From an uncultured bacterium (GTDB taxonomy: Bacteria > T1Sed10-126): 42,031 bases of DNA. The notes beneath the pieces were generated by a model. The model did no database searches, was not told where the DNA came from, and saw only the letters and a list, made by a program, of their open reading frames with translations. Positions 8,644-17,141 of the stretch are shown here, piece after piece. A program made the position numbers and the translations under genes. The stretch spans positions 1 to 42,031 of the forward strand of contig CAZMIT010000004.1 of NCBI GenBank assembly GCA_964566495.1, written 5' to 3'. Positions within the stretch are counted from its first letter, which is position 1; each line of letters begins with the position of its first letter.

Positions 8644-9093
8644 ATGAGCAAACAGCAAGAATGGGCTACTGAATCAGAATCTGAAACCCGTGAGTTGGCC
8701 GCAAGAAAAGTAGATTACTGGAACAGGTTTGAGGCAATAGCTCTCATCGGTCCGCTGGGGGCGGGAAAAACAACGTTTGTGAAGGGACTTGTCGAGGGGC
8801 TGGGCGGCCGGCCCGAAGAAGTACGAAGTCCTACGTTTACGCTTGTTAATCAGTATAGCTGTCCGGAAATCGAAGTGGCCCATGCCGACCTGTACCGCCT
8901 GGACTCCTACGAGGCACAGTTGACGGTCGGATTAGAAGATTACTTTGATGACAGCCTGGTGGTCGTCGAGTGGGCAGACCGTTGGGAGCTGGGTTGGCCG
9001 GAAAAAACTCTCAGCCTTTATTTTGAACACTGCAGTCGGAACAAACGTTCGCTTTCAGCGGAGGAGAATCAACCAGATGCTATTAACAATTGA
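8644..9093 (+). CDS. tsaE: tRNA threonylcarbamoyladenosine biosynthesis ATPase TsaE
   Basis: GPLGAGKTTFVKG, VRSPTFTLVNQY, HADLYRL, VVEWA. Confidence 0.95.
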   Translation: MSKQQEWATESESETRELAARKVDYWNRFEAIALIGPLGAGKTTFVKGLVEGLGGRPEEVRSPTFTLVNQYSCPEIEVAHADLYRLDSYEAQLTVGLEDYFDDSLVVVEWADRWELGWPEKTLSLYFEHCSRNKRSLSAEENQPDAINN

Positions 9094-9766
9094 GACGCTT
9101 GACCGGGGCGGTTCCCTGGCCCTTGCTCGCAACGGTCAATTAATTGAATTGAATTATTTGTACTCTTCTCAGCCCCACTCCTGCCGCTTGTTTCCATCAA
9201 TTAAGAAGTTACTTAAAAAACACGAGTTAGAGCCGGCAGAGCTTGAGGCAATTGGTGTATGCCGGGGTCCGGGAGCTTTTACGGCAATCAGGCTTGGAGT
9301 GACGGCTGCCAAAGTGCTGGCTGAAACTGGTAAAGTGCAGCTGGTTAGTGCTACCTCATTGCGACTTCTGGCTCGGTTTGGCGCCGGATACCAGGGGCAG
9401 ATTGTTGCGGTTGTTGGTGCCCGCCGGGGGGAACTTTACAGGCAGAGCTTTAGCTGGAACTTAGAGGAGGAAGCACTTGAAGAACTAAACCAACCTGCCG
9501 CTGTTTCACCGGAGAAGTTAAAAGCTGAACTTACTGAGAGCGGTGGTTTGATTATCAGTCGTGGACGGCAGTGGAAGCCGTCGCCGCATAAATGGCCGGA
9601 GAACGTTACTTTTTATCCAGAAGAGCAGACCCGTGGGTTGGCGGGGGCCCTGGTTGATCTGACCAGGCAGAAGTTAAGCCGTGGCGCCGATGAGAAAGCA
9701 GATCTTTTGAGTCCCTGCTATATTCGTCGCACTGACGCTGAAAAACAGAAGGAGGCAGAGAGGTGA
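9077..9766 (+). CDS. tsaB: tRNA threonylcarbamoyladenosine biosynthesis protein TsaB
   Basis: MLLTIET, HS..L, GPGAFTAIRLGV, ARRGELY, P.YIR..DAE; start moved to ATG 9077. Confidence 0.92.
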   Translation: MLLTIETLDRGGSLALARNGQLIELNYLYSSQPHSCRLFPSIKKLLKKHELEPAELEAIGVCRGPGAFTAIRLGVTAAKVLAETGKVQLVSATSLRLLARFGAGYQGQIVAVVGARRGELYRQSFSWNLEEEALEELNQPAAVSPEKLKAELTESGGLIISRGRQWKPSPHKWPENVTFYPEEQTRGLAGALVDLTRQKLSRGADEKADLLSPCYIRRTDAEKQKEAER

Positions 9767-10254
9767 AAGTTCGTGCCATGGAATTTGGAGACATGGATGC
9801 AGCGGCCGAAATTGAAGCGGTCACCTTCCGAGAACCGTGGGGTAAAGATGTTTTCTACCGTCAGCTCCTCAACCCCGGCCGCCGGCGGCTTTTGGTGGCA
9901 GAAAAAGGGGGGATCGTTATTGGTCATTTGGCCGCCTGGCTCAGGGCGAGAACAGTAAATATAACAACTCTGGCGGTTAAACCCGAGGCGCGTCGACAGG
10001 GGGTGGCCACCGCCCTGGTGAAGAAGTTGATCGTCGAGCAGTCAGGTTTGCGGGAAAAGATTAAGCTGGAGGTCCGAATTTCAAACAAGCCGGCTCGTAC
10101 CCTTTACCGAAAATTAGGTTTTGAGGAGCAGCGTAAGAAGAAAAATTATTACGTTGACAACGGCGAGACGGCCCTGGTTATGTCTTGTCCTATACCCCGG
10201 CAGGAGGTGGCTGCAGCTGCAGATCCCGGACGAACTCCAGAAGCAGTTAAATAA
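9763..10254 (+). CDS. rimI: Ribosomal-protein-alanine N-acetyltransferase RimI
   Basis: GNAT motifs AVKPEARRQGVA, LEVRISN.PA..LY.KLGF, RKKNYY.DNGETALVM; follows tsaB. Confidence 0.9.
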   Translation: MKVRAMEFGDMDAAAEIEAVTFREPWGKDVFYRQLLNPGRRRLLVAEKGGIVIGHLAAWLRARTVNITTLAVKPEARRQGVATALVKKLIVEQSGLREKIKLEVRISNKPARTLYRKLGFEEQRKKKNYYVDNGETALVMSCPIPRQEVAAAADPGRTPEAVK

Positions 10255-12016
10255 CCTTCCTCATTCTCCCGGTGTCTATCTTTTCAAGAGTAAACGTGGC
10301 GAGGTCCTCTATGTGGGAAAGTCCACCGACCTGGCCGCCCGGGTTCCGCAGCACTTTCGAGACGCAAAGAACGACGTTCGCAAGCGGGCCATGATTTCCG
10401 CCACCGGCGGAATTCAGACTATTGTGTTGACCAGTGACCGGGAAGCTCTGAGTGTAGAATACGATTTAATTAAAGAACACCGTCCCCGATATAACGTCGT
10501 TTACAGGGACGATAAATCTTACCCTTACATCAAGGTAACCACAAACCAGCCCTATCCGCGCGTGGAAGTCACCCGTGAACATCGTGTGGAGGAGGCTGCT
10601 TATTTCGGGCCCTATACTGACGTGAGCAGTATGCGTCAGACTCTTGAAGCGTTGCGGGATATCTTCCCCTATCGTTCCTGCAACCACGATCTGCCGCCGG
10701 GCGGCAACTCTAATAAATACAGCACCTGTCTCGATTACGATATAAAACAGTGCGAGGGCCCCTGTGTAGGCCTGCAGAGTTGCGAAGAGTATAATCAGAT
10801 GATTGAAAATTTGTGTCGATTTTTACGCGGTAAATACGCTCCCGTGCGCAACTATTTGAACGAAGAGATGGAGCGTCATGCTGAAAATAAAAATTTTGAA
10901 GCAGCTGCCGTCTACCGGGATCGCCTGGAGGCGTTGGACAAAATGACCCGGCGCTCCTCGTTTCTTAACTCAACCAGTAACGCCGACGTGCTGGGTCTGG
11001 GGACAAAGGATGAAGTGAGCGCCGTCGTCCTATTTCAGGTGCGTGAAAACCGGATTATCAATCGGCTTGAATTTCCGGGACAGTCGGTTGACATAGAGAA
11101 CAGCCAGACCCTGCAGGATTTTGTCCTCACCTACTATCCCGCCGCGACGAGTATCCCTCGACTTATACTGGTTCCCGAAGTTCTTCCGGATTTTGAACTG
11201 ATTGAAGAAAAACTATCCAGCTCGGCCGGCCGGCAGATTAAACTCAAGGTTCCCGACCGGGGAGAAAAACGAAAACTTATCAAATCAGCCAGGCGAACCG
11301 CTCGACTGGCTGCGGAAAACGAAGCCCTGGCCCGAAAAAGGCGGGAGGGGGATGTTCTTTTAGCGGTGCAGGAAATGCTTGACCTTCCGGAGCTCCCCGA
11401 AGTGGTCGAAGGTTTCGACGTCAGTACTCACCAGGGGAAACAGACCGTTGCAGGAATGGTAAGGTTTATAAACGGTGAACCGGATAAAGCCGGTTATCGC
11501 CGTTTTAAAATTTCCGAAGATAACAGTGGCGATGACTATAAGGCGCTGTGCGAGGCCCTAAGCCGACGCTACCGGAGGCTGACCGAGGACCAACAGCAGT
11601 TCCCCCACCTGGTGTTTGTTGACGGTGGACCGGGGCAGCTCGGTGTTGGCCGTGAAGTGATGGATAATTTCGCGCCCCAGTTACCGGTTGTATCACTGGC
11701 CAAGCGGGAGGAAATCATATACGTTAATAAACCGGAGAATGTTCACAATCTCCCCGAGGACTCGCGGGCTCTACAATTTTTTCAGCGTCTGCGCGATGAA
11801 GCCCACAGGTTTGCCGTCAGCTATCATCGTGATCGTCGGCAGATGGGAATTTCTTCGGGACTCAGGGAAATAAAGGGGATCGGCGAAAAGCGGTTGAAGC
11901 AACTATTGGAAACTTTTGGCAGTCCGTCCCGAGTTCGCCAGGCGAGCCTGGAAGAATTAACGACAGTAAACGGAATAACCCGGCAGATAGCCCGGCGGAT
12001 AAAAAGGCAGGACTAA
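10217..12016 (+). CDS. uvrC: Excinuclease ABC subunit C
   Basis: GIY-YIG domain (PGVYLF..LYVGKS), PRYNV..RDDKSYPYI, FDVS, DGGPGQL, RDEAHRFA, C-terminal HhH. Start uncertain: probable CTG 10217 (or 10211) after SD GGAGGT; the ORF track gives 10121. Confidence 0.95.
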   Translation: MQIPDELQKQLNNLPHSPGVYLFKSKRGEVLYVGKSTDLAARVPQHFRDAKNDVRKRAMISATGGIQTIVLTSDREALSVEYDLIKEHRPRYNVVYRDDKSYPYIKVTTNQPYPRVEVTREHRVEEAAYFGPYTDVSSMRQTLEALRDIFPYRSCNHDLPPGGNSNKYSTCLDYDIKQCEGPCVGLQSCEEYNQMIENLCRFLRGKYAPVRNYLNEEMERHAENKNFEAAAVYRDRLEALDKMTRRSSFLNSTSNADVLGLGTKDEVSAVVLFQVRENRIINRLEFPGQSVDIENSQTLQDFVLTYYPAATSIPRLILVPEVLPDFELIEEKLSSSAGRQIKLKVPDRGEKRKLIKSARRTARLAAENEALARKRREGDVLLAVQEMLDLPELPEVVEGFDVSTHQGKQTVAGMVRFINGEPDKAGYRRFKISEDNSGDDYKALCEALSRRYRRLTEDQQQFPHLVFVDGGPGQLGVGREVMDNFAPQLPVVSLAKREEIIYVNKPENVHNLPEDSRALQFFQRLRDEAHRFAVSYHRDRRQMGISSGLREIKGIGEKRLKQLLETFGSPSRVRQASLEELTTVNGITRQIARRIKRQD

Positions 12017-12168
12017 CTTGGCTTTTAACTCGTGACGTTGTCTCCGCTCTGTATTATAGGTGGATTGTGAGGGCTGAACAGTTCTATGCCCCAGGCCCCC
12101 ACAGGTGCGGGGAATGAATACTACCGGGGGACTGGAAAAACGACGCGGTTACAGGGAGGAAATATAAC

Positions 12169-13434
12169 TTGTTTGTAAATCACGGCGCCGACGGGAGAAA
12201 AAAGAAATTTTTCAAGAACCTTTTTTTTCCACTGCTTGTTTTAACGGTGGCTCAGGTGGCGGCAAGCCTCAATTTGGTTGATGTGGCCTCATTTCGCCAT
12301 TCAACGATTATTTTTTTGGTAGGACTACTGGTAATAATATGTGCCCTGCTCCTCAACCTCTATTTTAATTCTCTGCGTCTCTTCCTGGTAAGTTGGCTGG
12401 TGCTGCTGATCACAATAACTGCTGCTTTCCAACAGTTTCAGCGATTATTCTCTTTCCCCGCTATGTTCGTTGAACTAACAGCAACACTGCTATCTACCCT
12501 GCCCCTCTTAGTACCTCTACTTGTCCTTTTCATCCACGTCACCAGGGAGAGGGATGTTTTTACCGGTCTGACTCCCGTCTACCTTTTTGCTCTTACAATT
12601 TTTTTTACATTACTCTGGCCCGCCCTGGCTTTTGCTATTGAGTCCACATTGGAGATGTTTCTGACGAGCCATTTGAGCTTGTCTTTGCCGTTCACAGATT
12701 TAAGCCTTGACCTACCCGTTCTTCCCGCCGGGCTTCTCTTTTTTCTGGCCTTTGCTCTCCTGCTCAAGGTGGAGCGATCCTTTTACGTGCACAACCAATT
12801 TTATCTATTCTGGGTCGCCTTTGGCTCATCCCTGCCTTTTTTAAACGTTAGTGCATCAAAGCAGCCGTCACCGATCAGCCTGCCACTGCTGGCCACCGCC
12901 TGGTTGTTTACTCTTGTTACAGGGGTTGCATACGCCTGGAACAAGGCTTATTTAGACCCCCTGACCCAAATCCGGGGGCGAATGGCTCTGAACGAAAAAC
13001 TCAGCCGTCTGAAGGGGATTTATTCAATAGCAATGATTGATATCGATCATTTCAAGAAATTTAACGATGAATACGGACACGACGCCGGCGACCGGGTTCT
13101 ACAACAGGTGGCGGAACTGTTGGAAAAACGCTCCGGCGGCACTGCCTATAGGTTTGGCGGCGAGGAATTTACGTTAATTTATCCCAGTTTGACGGCCGGG
13201 GAGGTAGAAGCCGAGCTGGAAGAAATAAGAGCGGCGGTCGAAGAGAACAAGGTAGGCGTTACAAGGAAAAGCAAACGAGCTAAAAAAGTGCTCTGGAAGC
13301 GAGTGACGGTGAGCATCGGTCTTTCAGATTCGACAGATAAATTTGAAAACGCTGAGGAAGTACTTAACGCGGCTGACAATGCCCTTTTTAAAGCTAAGAA
13401 CGAGGGAAGAAATAGGTTGGTCGTTAAGAAGTAA
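12169..13434 (+). CDS. Multi-pass membrane diguanylate cyclase (GGDEF)
   Basis: About 8 hydrophobic segments, then DPLT, DIDHFKKFNDEYGHDAGD, YRFGGEEF, AD.ALF.AK..GRN. Confidence 0.92.
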   Translation: MFVNHGADGRKKKFFKNLFFPLLVLTVAQVAASLNLVDVASFRHSTIIFLVGLLVIICALLLNLYFNSLRLFLVSWLVLLITITAAFQQFQRLFSFPAMFVELTATLLSTLPLLVPLLVLFIHVTRERDVFTGLTPVYLFALTIFFTLLWPALAFAIESTLEMFLTSHLSLSLPFTDLSLDLPVLPAGLLFFLAFALLLKVERSFYVHNQFYLFWVAFGSSLPFLNVSASKQPSPISLPLLATAWLFTLVTGVAYAWNKAYLDPLTQIRGRMALNEKLSRLKGIYSIAMIDIDHFKKFNDEYGHDAGDRVLQQVAELLEKRSGGTAYRFGGEEFTLIYPSLTAGEVEAELEEIRAAVEENKVGVTRKSKRAKKVLWKRVTVSIGLSDSTDKFENAEEVLNAADNALFKAKNEGRNRLVVKK

Positions 13435-13435
13435 G

Positions 13436-13506
13436 CTGGGCCGCCAGGATTCGAACCTGGAGTCACGGGACCAAAACCCGTTGCCTTACCCTTTGGCTAC
13501 GGCCCA
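13436..13506 (-). tRNA. tRNA-Gln(TTG)
   Basis: Reverse complement TGGGCCGTAGCCAAAGGGTAAGGCA-ACGGG-TTTTGGT-CCCGT..CCAGGTTCGAATCCTGG-CGGCCCA-G. Confidence 0.95.
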
Positions 13507-13566
13507 ATCAATAACCATAATCTTACTATTTTCTTGGTAAAATGTCAAAAAGGAAAGCCGGTAATC

Positions 13567-14178
13567 CTACATTCGGATCTCTTCAATATCTTCCCAGCGC
13601 GGCAGGAGAATAAATTCAACGCGTCGGTTGAGACGGCGGTTTTCCGGCGTATCGTTGGGGGCGACGGGATGGTGTTCGCCAAACCCGGCGGCAATCAGGC
13701 GGGAGACGTCAAGCTCGGGTAAATGGCGTATATACTTGACTACATTTACGGCGCGCTGTGCCGACAGATCCCAGTTAGAGGGAAAACGTTCGGTCATTAC
13801 CGGCTGGGTGTCGGCGTGGCCGGCGACAATCACCATGCGCTCCGGATAATCAAGTAATAACTTGGCCACCTCGTCAAGCACCGGATAAGCGCTCTCCTTC
13901 ACTTCAGCACTCAAGGTCGAAAAAAGTACGTGGGCCCCGACTGTGAGAATTACGTTGTCACCCACGATTTTAGCCTCAACGTCGTCGATTGTCTGGGCCT
14001 CACTTCGAAGGGCTTCTTCTTCCTGGGCCGGGACCGTCTCATCACGTTCATTAAGATAAGTTATAGTAGGAGTCAATTCTGGTTCCGTTAATTCCGGCCG
14101 TTCCACAGGTCTATAGCGAGCACAACCTGTTATGACTAATACCGTTAATAAAAGCGCTGTTATTTTCACGACGATCAT
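13567..14178 (-). CDS. OmpA/MotB-family peptidoglycan-binding lipoprotein
   Basis: Signal peptide with lipobox (LLLTVLVITG|C); GHAD..P...RFPSNWDLSAQRA, GFGE.HPVAPNDTPENR..NRRVEF; start moved to ATG 14178. Confidence 0.85.
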   Translation of the reverse strand: MIVVKITALLLTVLVITGCARYRPVERPELTEPELTPTITYLNERDETVPAQEEEALRSEAQTIDDVEAKIVGDNVILTVGAHVLFSTLSAEVKESAYPVLDEVAKLLLDYPERMVIVAGHADTQPVMTERFPSNWDLSAQRAVNVVKYIRHLPELDVSRLIAAGFGEHHPVAPNDTPENRRLNRRVEFILLPRWEDIEEIRM

Positions 14179-14431
14179 TTCCTTAAAAGAACTTGAAGTT
14201 AAAACCTTGCCACGCGGTGCGTGTGGCGGGCTGAAACCGCAAACCAACAAAGATGAGTTGCGGGTCGGGGCGGAAGCTCTCTCCAGTTTCCTCTTCGCTT
14301 TCCAATCTTCCGGTCTTGCAACCTTCAATTTTCAACCCACTAAACTATATCCCTATTTGCGCATAATTCAAAGTAAAATCATTGAGTACCGTCGATTGGT
14401 CAACCATTCATTGCTTTATCGGTAATCGAAC

Positions 14432-14459
14432 TAAACTTCAACTCGCAAACAGCCGATTA
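14432..14459 (+). promoter_or_regulatory. Sigma28-type promoter
   Basis: TAAA-N16-GCCGATTA; same spacing as the site at 5755. Confidence 0.68.
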
Positions 14460-14506
14460 ATTAAGGGAGGAACAAAAATTAATTACATTTCAACGGAGTG
14501 ATTGTA

Positions 14507-15244
14507 ATGGGAATTGAGTCAGTATCAAACAACGCCGGGCAACTTCCTCAGCCGCCGAACAGCACGGACGCAGCAGAGGGTCAGGAAAGCGGCGAGGGCA
14601 ATGAAGCCATCACAGGTGATCTGCAGGAAAAACTTTTCGAGCAAAATACGCAACAGAGTATACAAATTGCTGATGATAGCGAGGGGGGCGGCGGTAGTGC
14701 CGTTCAATTAGATCTTTCGCAAAATGTCAGTATGGGTGTAAATGATAACACTGCCCGGATGATTATTGAGACGGAAGTAAGAACTTCTTTAACCGCTCAA
14801 CTTGGTGACAGCGACGACGGTGCCTCGCCGGTAATGAATTCATTTCAACCCGGTACTGGAGACATGTCACCGGAAAGTACGGCAGAAAGATTATTTAATC
14901 AAGCCCAGCAATTTCTTGGTGGCGAAGAGGCTGAGGCAAGCGATGACAGCGAAACGGGGCTGGAAGAAATTTTAAGCGCCGCCGAGGATGGTTTTGAAAA
15001 CGCTGAAGAAATCCTGAACGAGAGTATGACCAGTGATTTCTCTGAGTTAGTAAATGAAATACAAACGTTGTTTACAGGGATGCTCGAAAGCCTGGCCGAG
15101 GGCGAAGAAGTTGAGGAGGCTCCCGAAGCTGAGGCAGGCGAGGAAAGGGCTGCCCAACAGGCTGCTGAAATAGCGGCTGAAAACCAGCGGGCGTTGCAAG
15201 AAACTGAAGGTCTTCCCCCGGCGTTTACTGGTGAACAAGAGTAA
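14507..15244 (+). CDS. Highly acidic hypothetical protein, DUF5610-like
   Basis: SPESTAERLF..A...GFENAEEIL resembles the DUF5610 motif as I recall it; start is ATG 14507 or GTG 14498. Confidence 0.6.
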   Translation: MGIESVSNNAGQLPQPPNSTDAAEGQESGEGNEAITGDLQEKLFEQNTQQSIQIADDSEGGGGSAVQLDLSQNVSMGVNDNTARMIIETEVRTSLTAQLGDSDDGASPVMNSFQPGTGDMSPESTAERLFNQAQQFLGGEEAEASDDSETGLEEILSAAEDGFENAEEILNESMTSDFSELVNEIQTLFTGMLESLAEGEEVEEAPEAEAGEERAAQQAAEIAAENQRALQETEGLPPAFTGEQE

Positions 15245-15257
15245 ACCGCTTACTTTT

Positions 15258-15842
15258 TTAACTTAAAAGACGAAAGGCAGTTAGGGAGACCTGACTTCGG
15301 TCAATTTCGCAAGCAATTTTCCGACGGGCGCGGGAAAGCGCATTATCCACTGATTTTTCATCTTTTTCCAGTCGCTGGGCCATCTCACTGTAACTCTCAC
15401 CAGCCAGATAGCCAGCTAATGCCTGTTGTTCAAGCTCCGTTAAAGCTTCCCGGGCAACCTCCTGCAAAAAATGCAGCGTCTCCATAGCCAGCAGCTGGCT
15501 CTCCGGGTCGGGGGTATTGGAGGGCGGGCGTACGTTAACCTGCTCGAGTGAGTTTGATTTGTTAAGGACCTCGTGTTTCTTACGTCTCTGTTTCTGCACG
15601 GAATCCTGCAGTTGACGTCGCACACAGAGAGCAGCGAACGCCGAGAAAGGCACGTTATACTCCGGATCATAGCGGTCGTAAGCTCTTTTTAGGGCTATTC
15701 GAGCCTCCTGCAGAAGATCTTCCCGGTTCCCCCCGGGCAAATAGTAATCAGAGGCGATTTCTACCAGTAAAGGCTCATAACGACGCAGAAGCTCCGTATA
15801 ACTCTCTTCTGAAGTCGAATTAGTCTCTGCTTTGTCTATCAT
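15258..15842 (-). CDS. sigH: RNA polymerase sigma factor, SigH family
   Basis: YYLPGG.REDLLQE, FSAFA.LCV.RQ, RKKHEVLN.S.SL, G.SY.EMA..L....KSVDNAL.R.RRK. Confidence 0.85.
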   Translation of the reverse strand: MIDKAETNSTSEESYTELLRRYEPLLVEIASDYYLPGGNREDLLQEARIALKRAYDRYDPEYNVPFSAFAALCVRRQLQDSVQKQRRKKHEVLNKSNSLEQVNVRPPSNTPDPESQLLAMETLHFLQEVAREALTELEQQALAGYLAGESYSEMAQRLEKDEKSVDNALSRARRKIACEIDRSQVSLTAFRLLS

Positions 15843-15948
15843 GGCAGGCTTGCTCCCCCATAAGTTAGTGGTGTGTCTTGTATGGTTGAAAACATCTACG
15901 GATACCGCCTTATTCCACTGTTATATTTACTGCTGCGCTTACCATTAG

Positions 15949-15977
15949 TTTATAAGACATTTCAGTCCTAAAATCAA
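15949..15977 (-). promoter_or_regulatory. Sigma70-type promoter upstream of sigH
   Basis: Minus strand TTGATT-N17-TATAAA. Confidence 0.45.
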
Positions 15978-15995
15978 GATTTTTTTATCTTTGAA

Positions 15996-16181
15996 TACAA
16001 TCTACCGAAGCCTTCATCTTTTCTCCCCCTTGAGGGAAAGAAAATACAAACGAGGGGGTGATTAAACGTCTTTCCCCCTCACCCTAACCCCGATAGAAAT
16101 CGAGGCTAGATGAGAGATTCGTATCTTCTACTCTGGATCTTTCGATTTCTATCCGGGGCTAACCCTCGTCGGTAGGTTCTG
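15996..16181. mobile_element. 186-bp MITE, CAGAACCTACC family, 9-bp TSD
   Basis: Ends TACAATCTACCGA / TCGGTAGGTTCTG (10/13 inverted match); flanks ATCTTTGAA (15987-15995) and ATCTTTGGA (16182-16190); right end identical to the TIR at 36581-36591. Confidence 0.72.
16088..16158. mobile_element. Nested 71-bp mini-element with CCCCG(G)ATAGAAATCGA TIRs and CTAA TSD
   Basis: CTAA|CCCCGATAGAAATCGA...TCGATTTCTATCCGGGG|CTAA, splitting a CCCCTCACCCTAACCCTC REP-like motif. Confidence 0.75.
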
Positions 16182-16201
16182 ATCTTTGGAAGTGACAGGA
16201 C

Positions 16202-16318
16202 TTGCCACGAAACCGTGGTTATTGCTACCGGATTAACTCCGACATGATGCTGTTTGACCTTTCGGTTGTCATTACGCAGACTGCGTCCAGTCGGACATTC
16301 AGGTAAAAGTGGGGGCAG
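16202..16318. other. Candidate structured RNA / long imperfect hairpin
   Basis: Nested pairings TACCGGAT/ATTCAGGTA, TCCGAC/GTCGGA, GATGC/GCGTC, GTTTG/CAGAC, plus CCACG-AAAC-CGTGG; no family recognised. Confidence 0.3.
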
Positions 16319-16325
16319 AAATTGA

Positions 16326-17141
16326 TTAAGTGGTTAGTGAGGTCAGCGGCAAGGAAACTTCACTAATTTGTTCAGGAGCTTCAAAAGAAAAGTGAGGGAT
16401 TAGTTCATGTAGAGATTCCTGGCTACCGGTGGCCCAAAAATCCCCGGGGCGTCTGTCTCCATTCCCCGAAAATCGTGGAGCCAGGTAGGCGGCCAGGACC
16501 TCGCCCGGGTCAATTATGGAGATAGAGTCTGGCAGTAATTTTTTTAGCGGCTTGAGCAGGAAAGGATAATGGGTGCAACCAAGAACAACGGCGCTGACGT
16601 TGGCCTCTAAGAGGGGAGCAAGTAGCGGGTCGAGTGTATTTTTTACGGCATGTCCTTCCAGCTCTCCGGCTTCAACAAGAGGGACCAGCGGGGAGCAAGC
16701 CTGTTGGATAACTTGCAGACCGAAGGCGCTTAATACTTCGGCGTAACGGTTGCTTTTAACGGTGCCGCTGGTTGCAAGCACGCCCACTTTATCGTTGGCG
16801 GCCTGTTGGTTAACAACGCTGCCCAAATTTTCATTTACCAGCCCGCTTACTGAAACGCCAGGGTGTCGTCGCCGCGCCTCCTCGAGAGCTATGCTGGAAC
16901 TTATGTTACAGGCCATAACAACGGTTTGACAGCCTCTGGAAACTAAAAAATTAGTTGCTGCCAGAGCATACTCCTTAACTTCCTCCAGTGGCCGGTCGCC
17001 GTAGGGACAGTGAGCGGTATCAGCCAGGTAATGAAAAGAAAAACTACCTGCTTGTTCAAGGAAAGCGTTCAGGACGGTCAGCCCTCCCACCCCGGAATCA
17101 AAAAATCCAACCGTCTGTTTTTCATCAGAGGAGGACGTCAT
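16326..17141 (-). CDS. murI: Glutamate racemase
   Basis: FDSGVGGLTV, DTAHCPYG, VMACN, LGCTHYP. Confidence 0.96.
   Translation of the reverse strand: MTSSSDEKQTVGFFDSGVGGLTVLNAFLEQAGSFSFHYLADTAHCPYGDRPLEEVKEYALAATNFLVSRGCQTVVMACNISSSIALEEARRRHPGVSVSGLVNENLGSVVNQQAANDKVGVLATSGTVKSNRYAEVLSAFGLQVIQQACSPLVPLVEAGELEGHAVKNTLDPLLAPLLEANVSAVVLGCTHYPFLLKPLKKLLPDSISIIDPGEVLAAYLAPRFSGNGDRRPGDFWATGSQESLHELIPHFSFEAPEQISEVSLPLTSLTT

Noticed and set aside
8644..10254. Missing tsaD as an anomaly
   Set aside because: tsaD is often encoded elsewhere, so its absence from one window is uninformative.
14179..14430. c-di-GMP riboswitch upstream of the OmpA/MotB-like gene
   Set aside because: Hairpins are present, but the GEMM-I and GEMM-II signature nucleotides were not found.
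16225..16318. Twister ribozyme or SRP RNA
   Set aside because: The resemblance (TAACTCCG, TAAAAGTGG) is superficial; the GUCCxAAGC twister core and the SRP CAGG..GGAA..AGCAG motif are absent.
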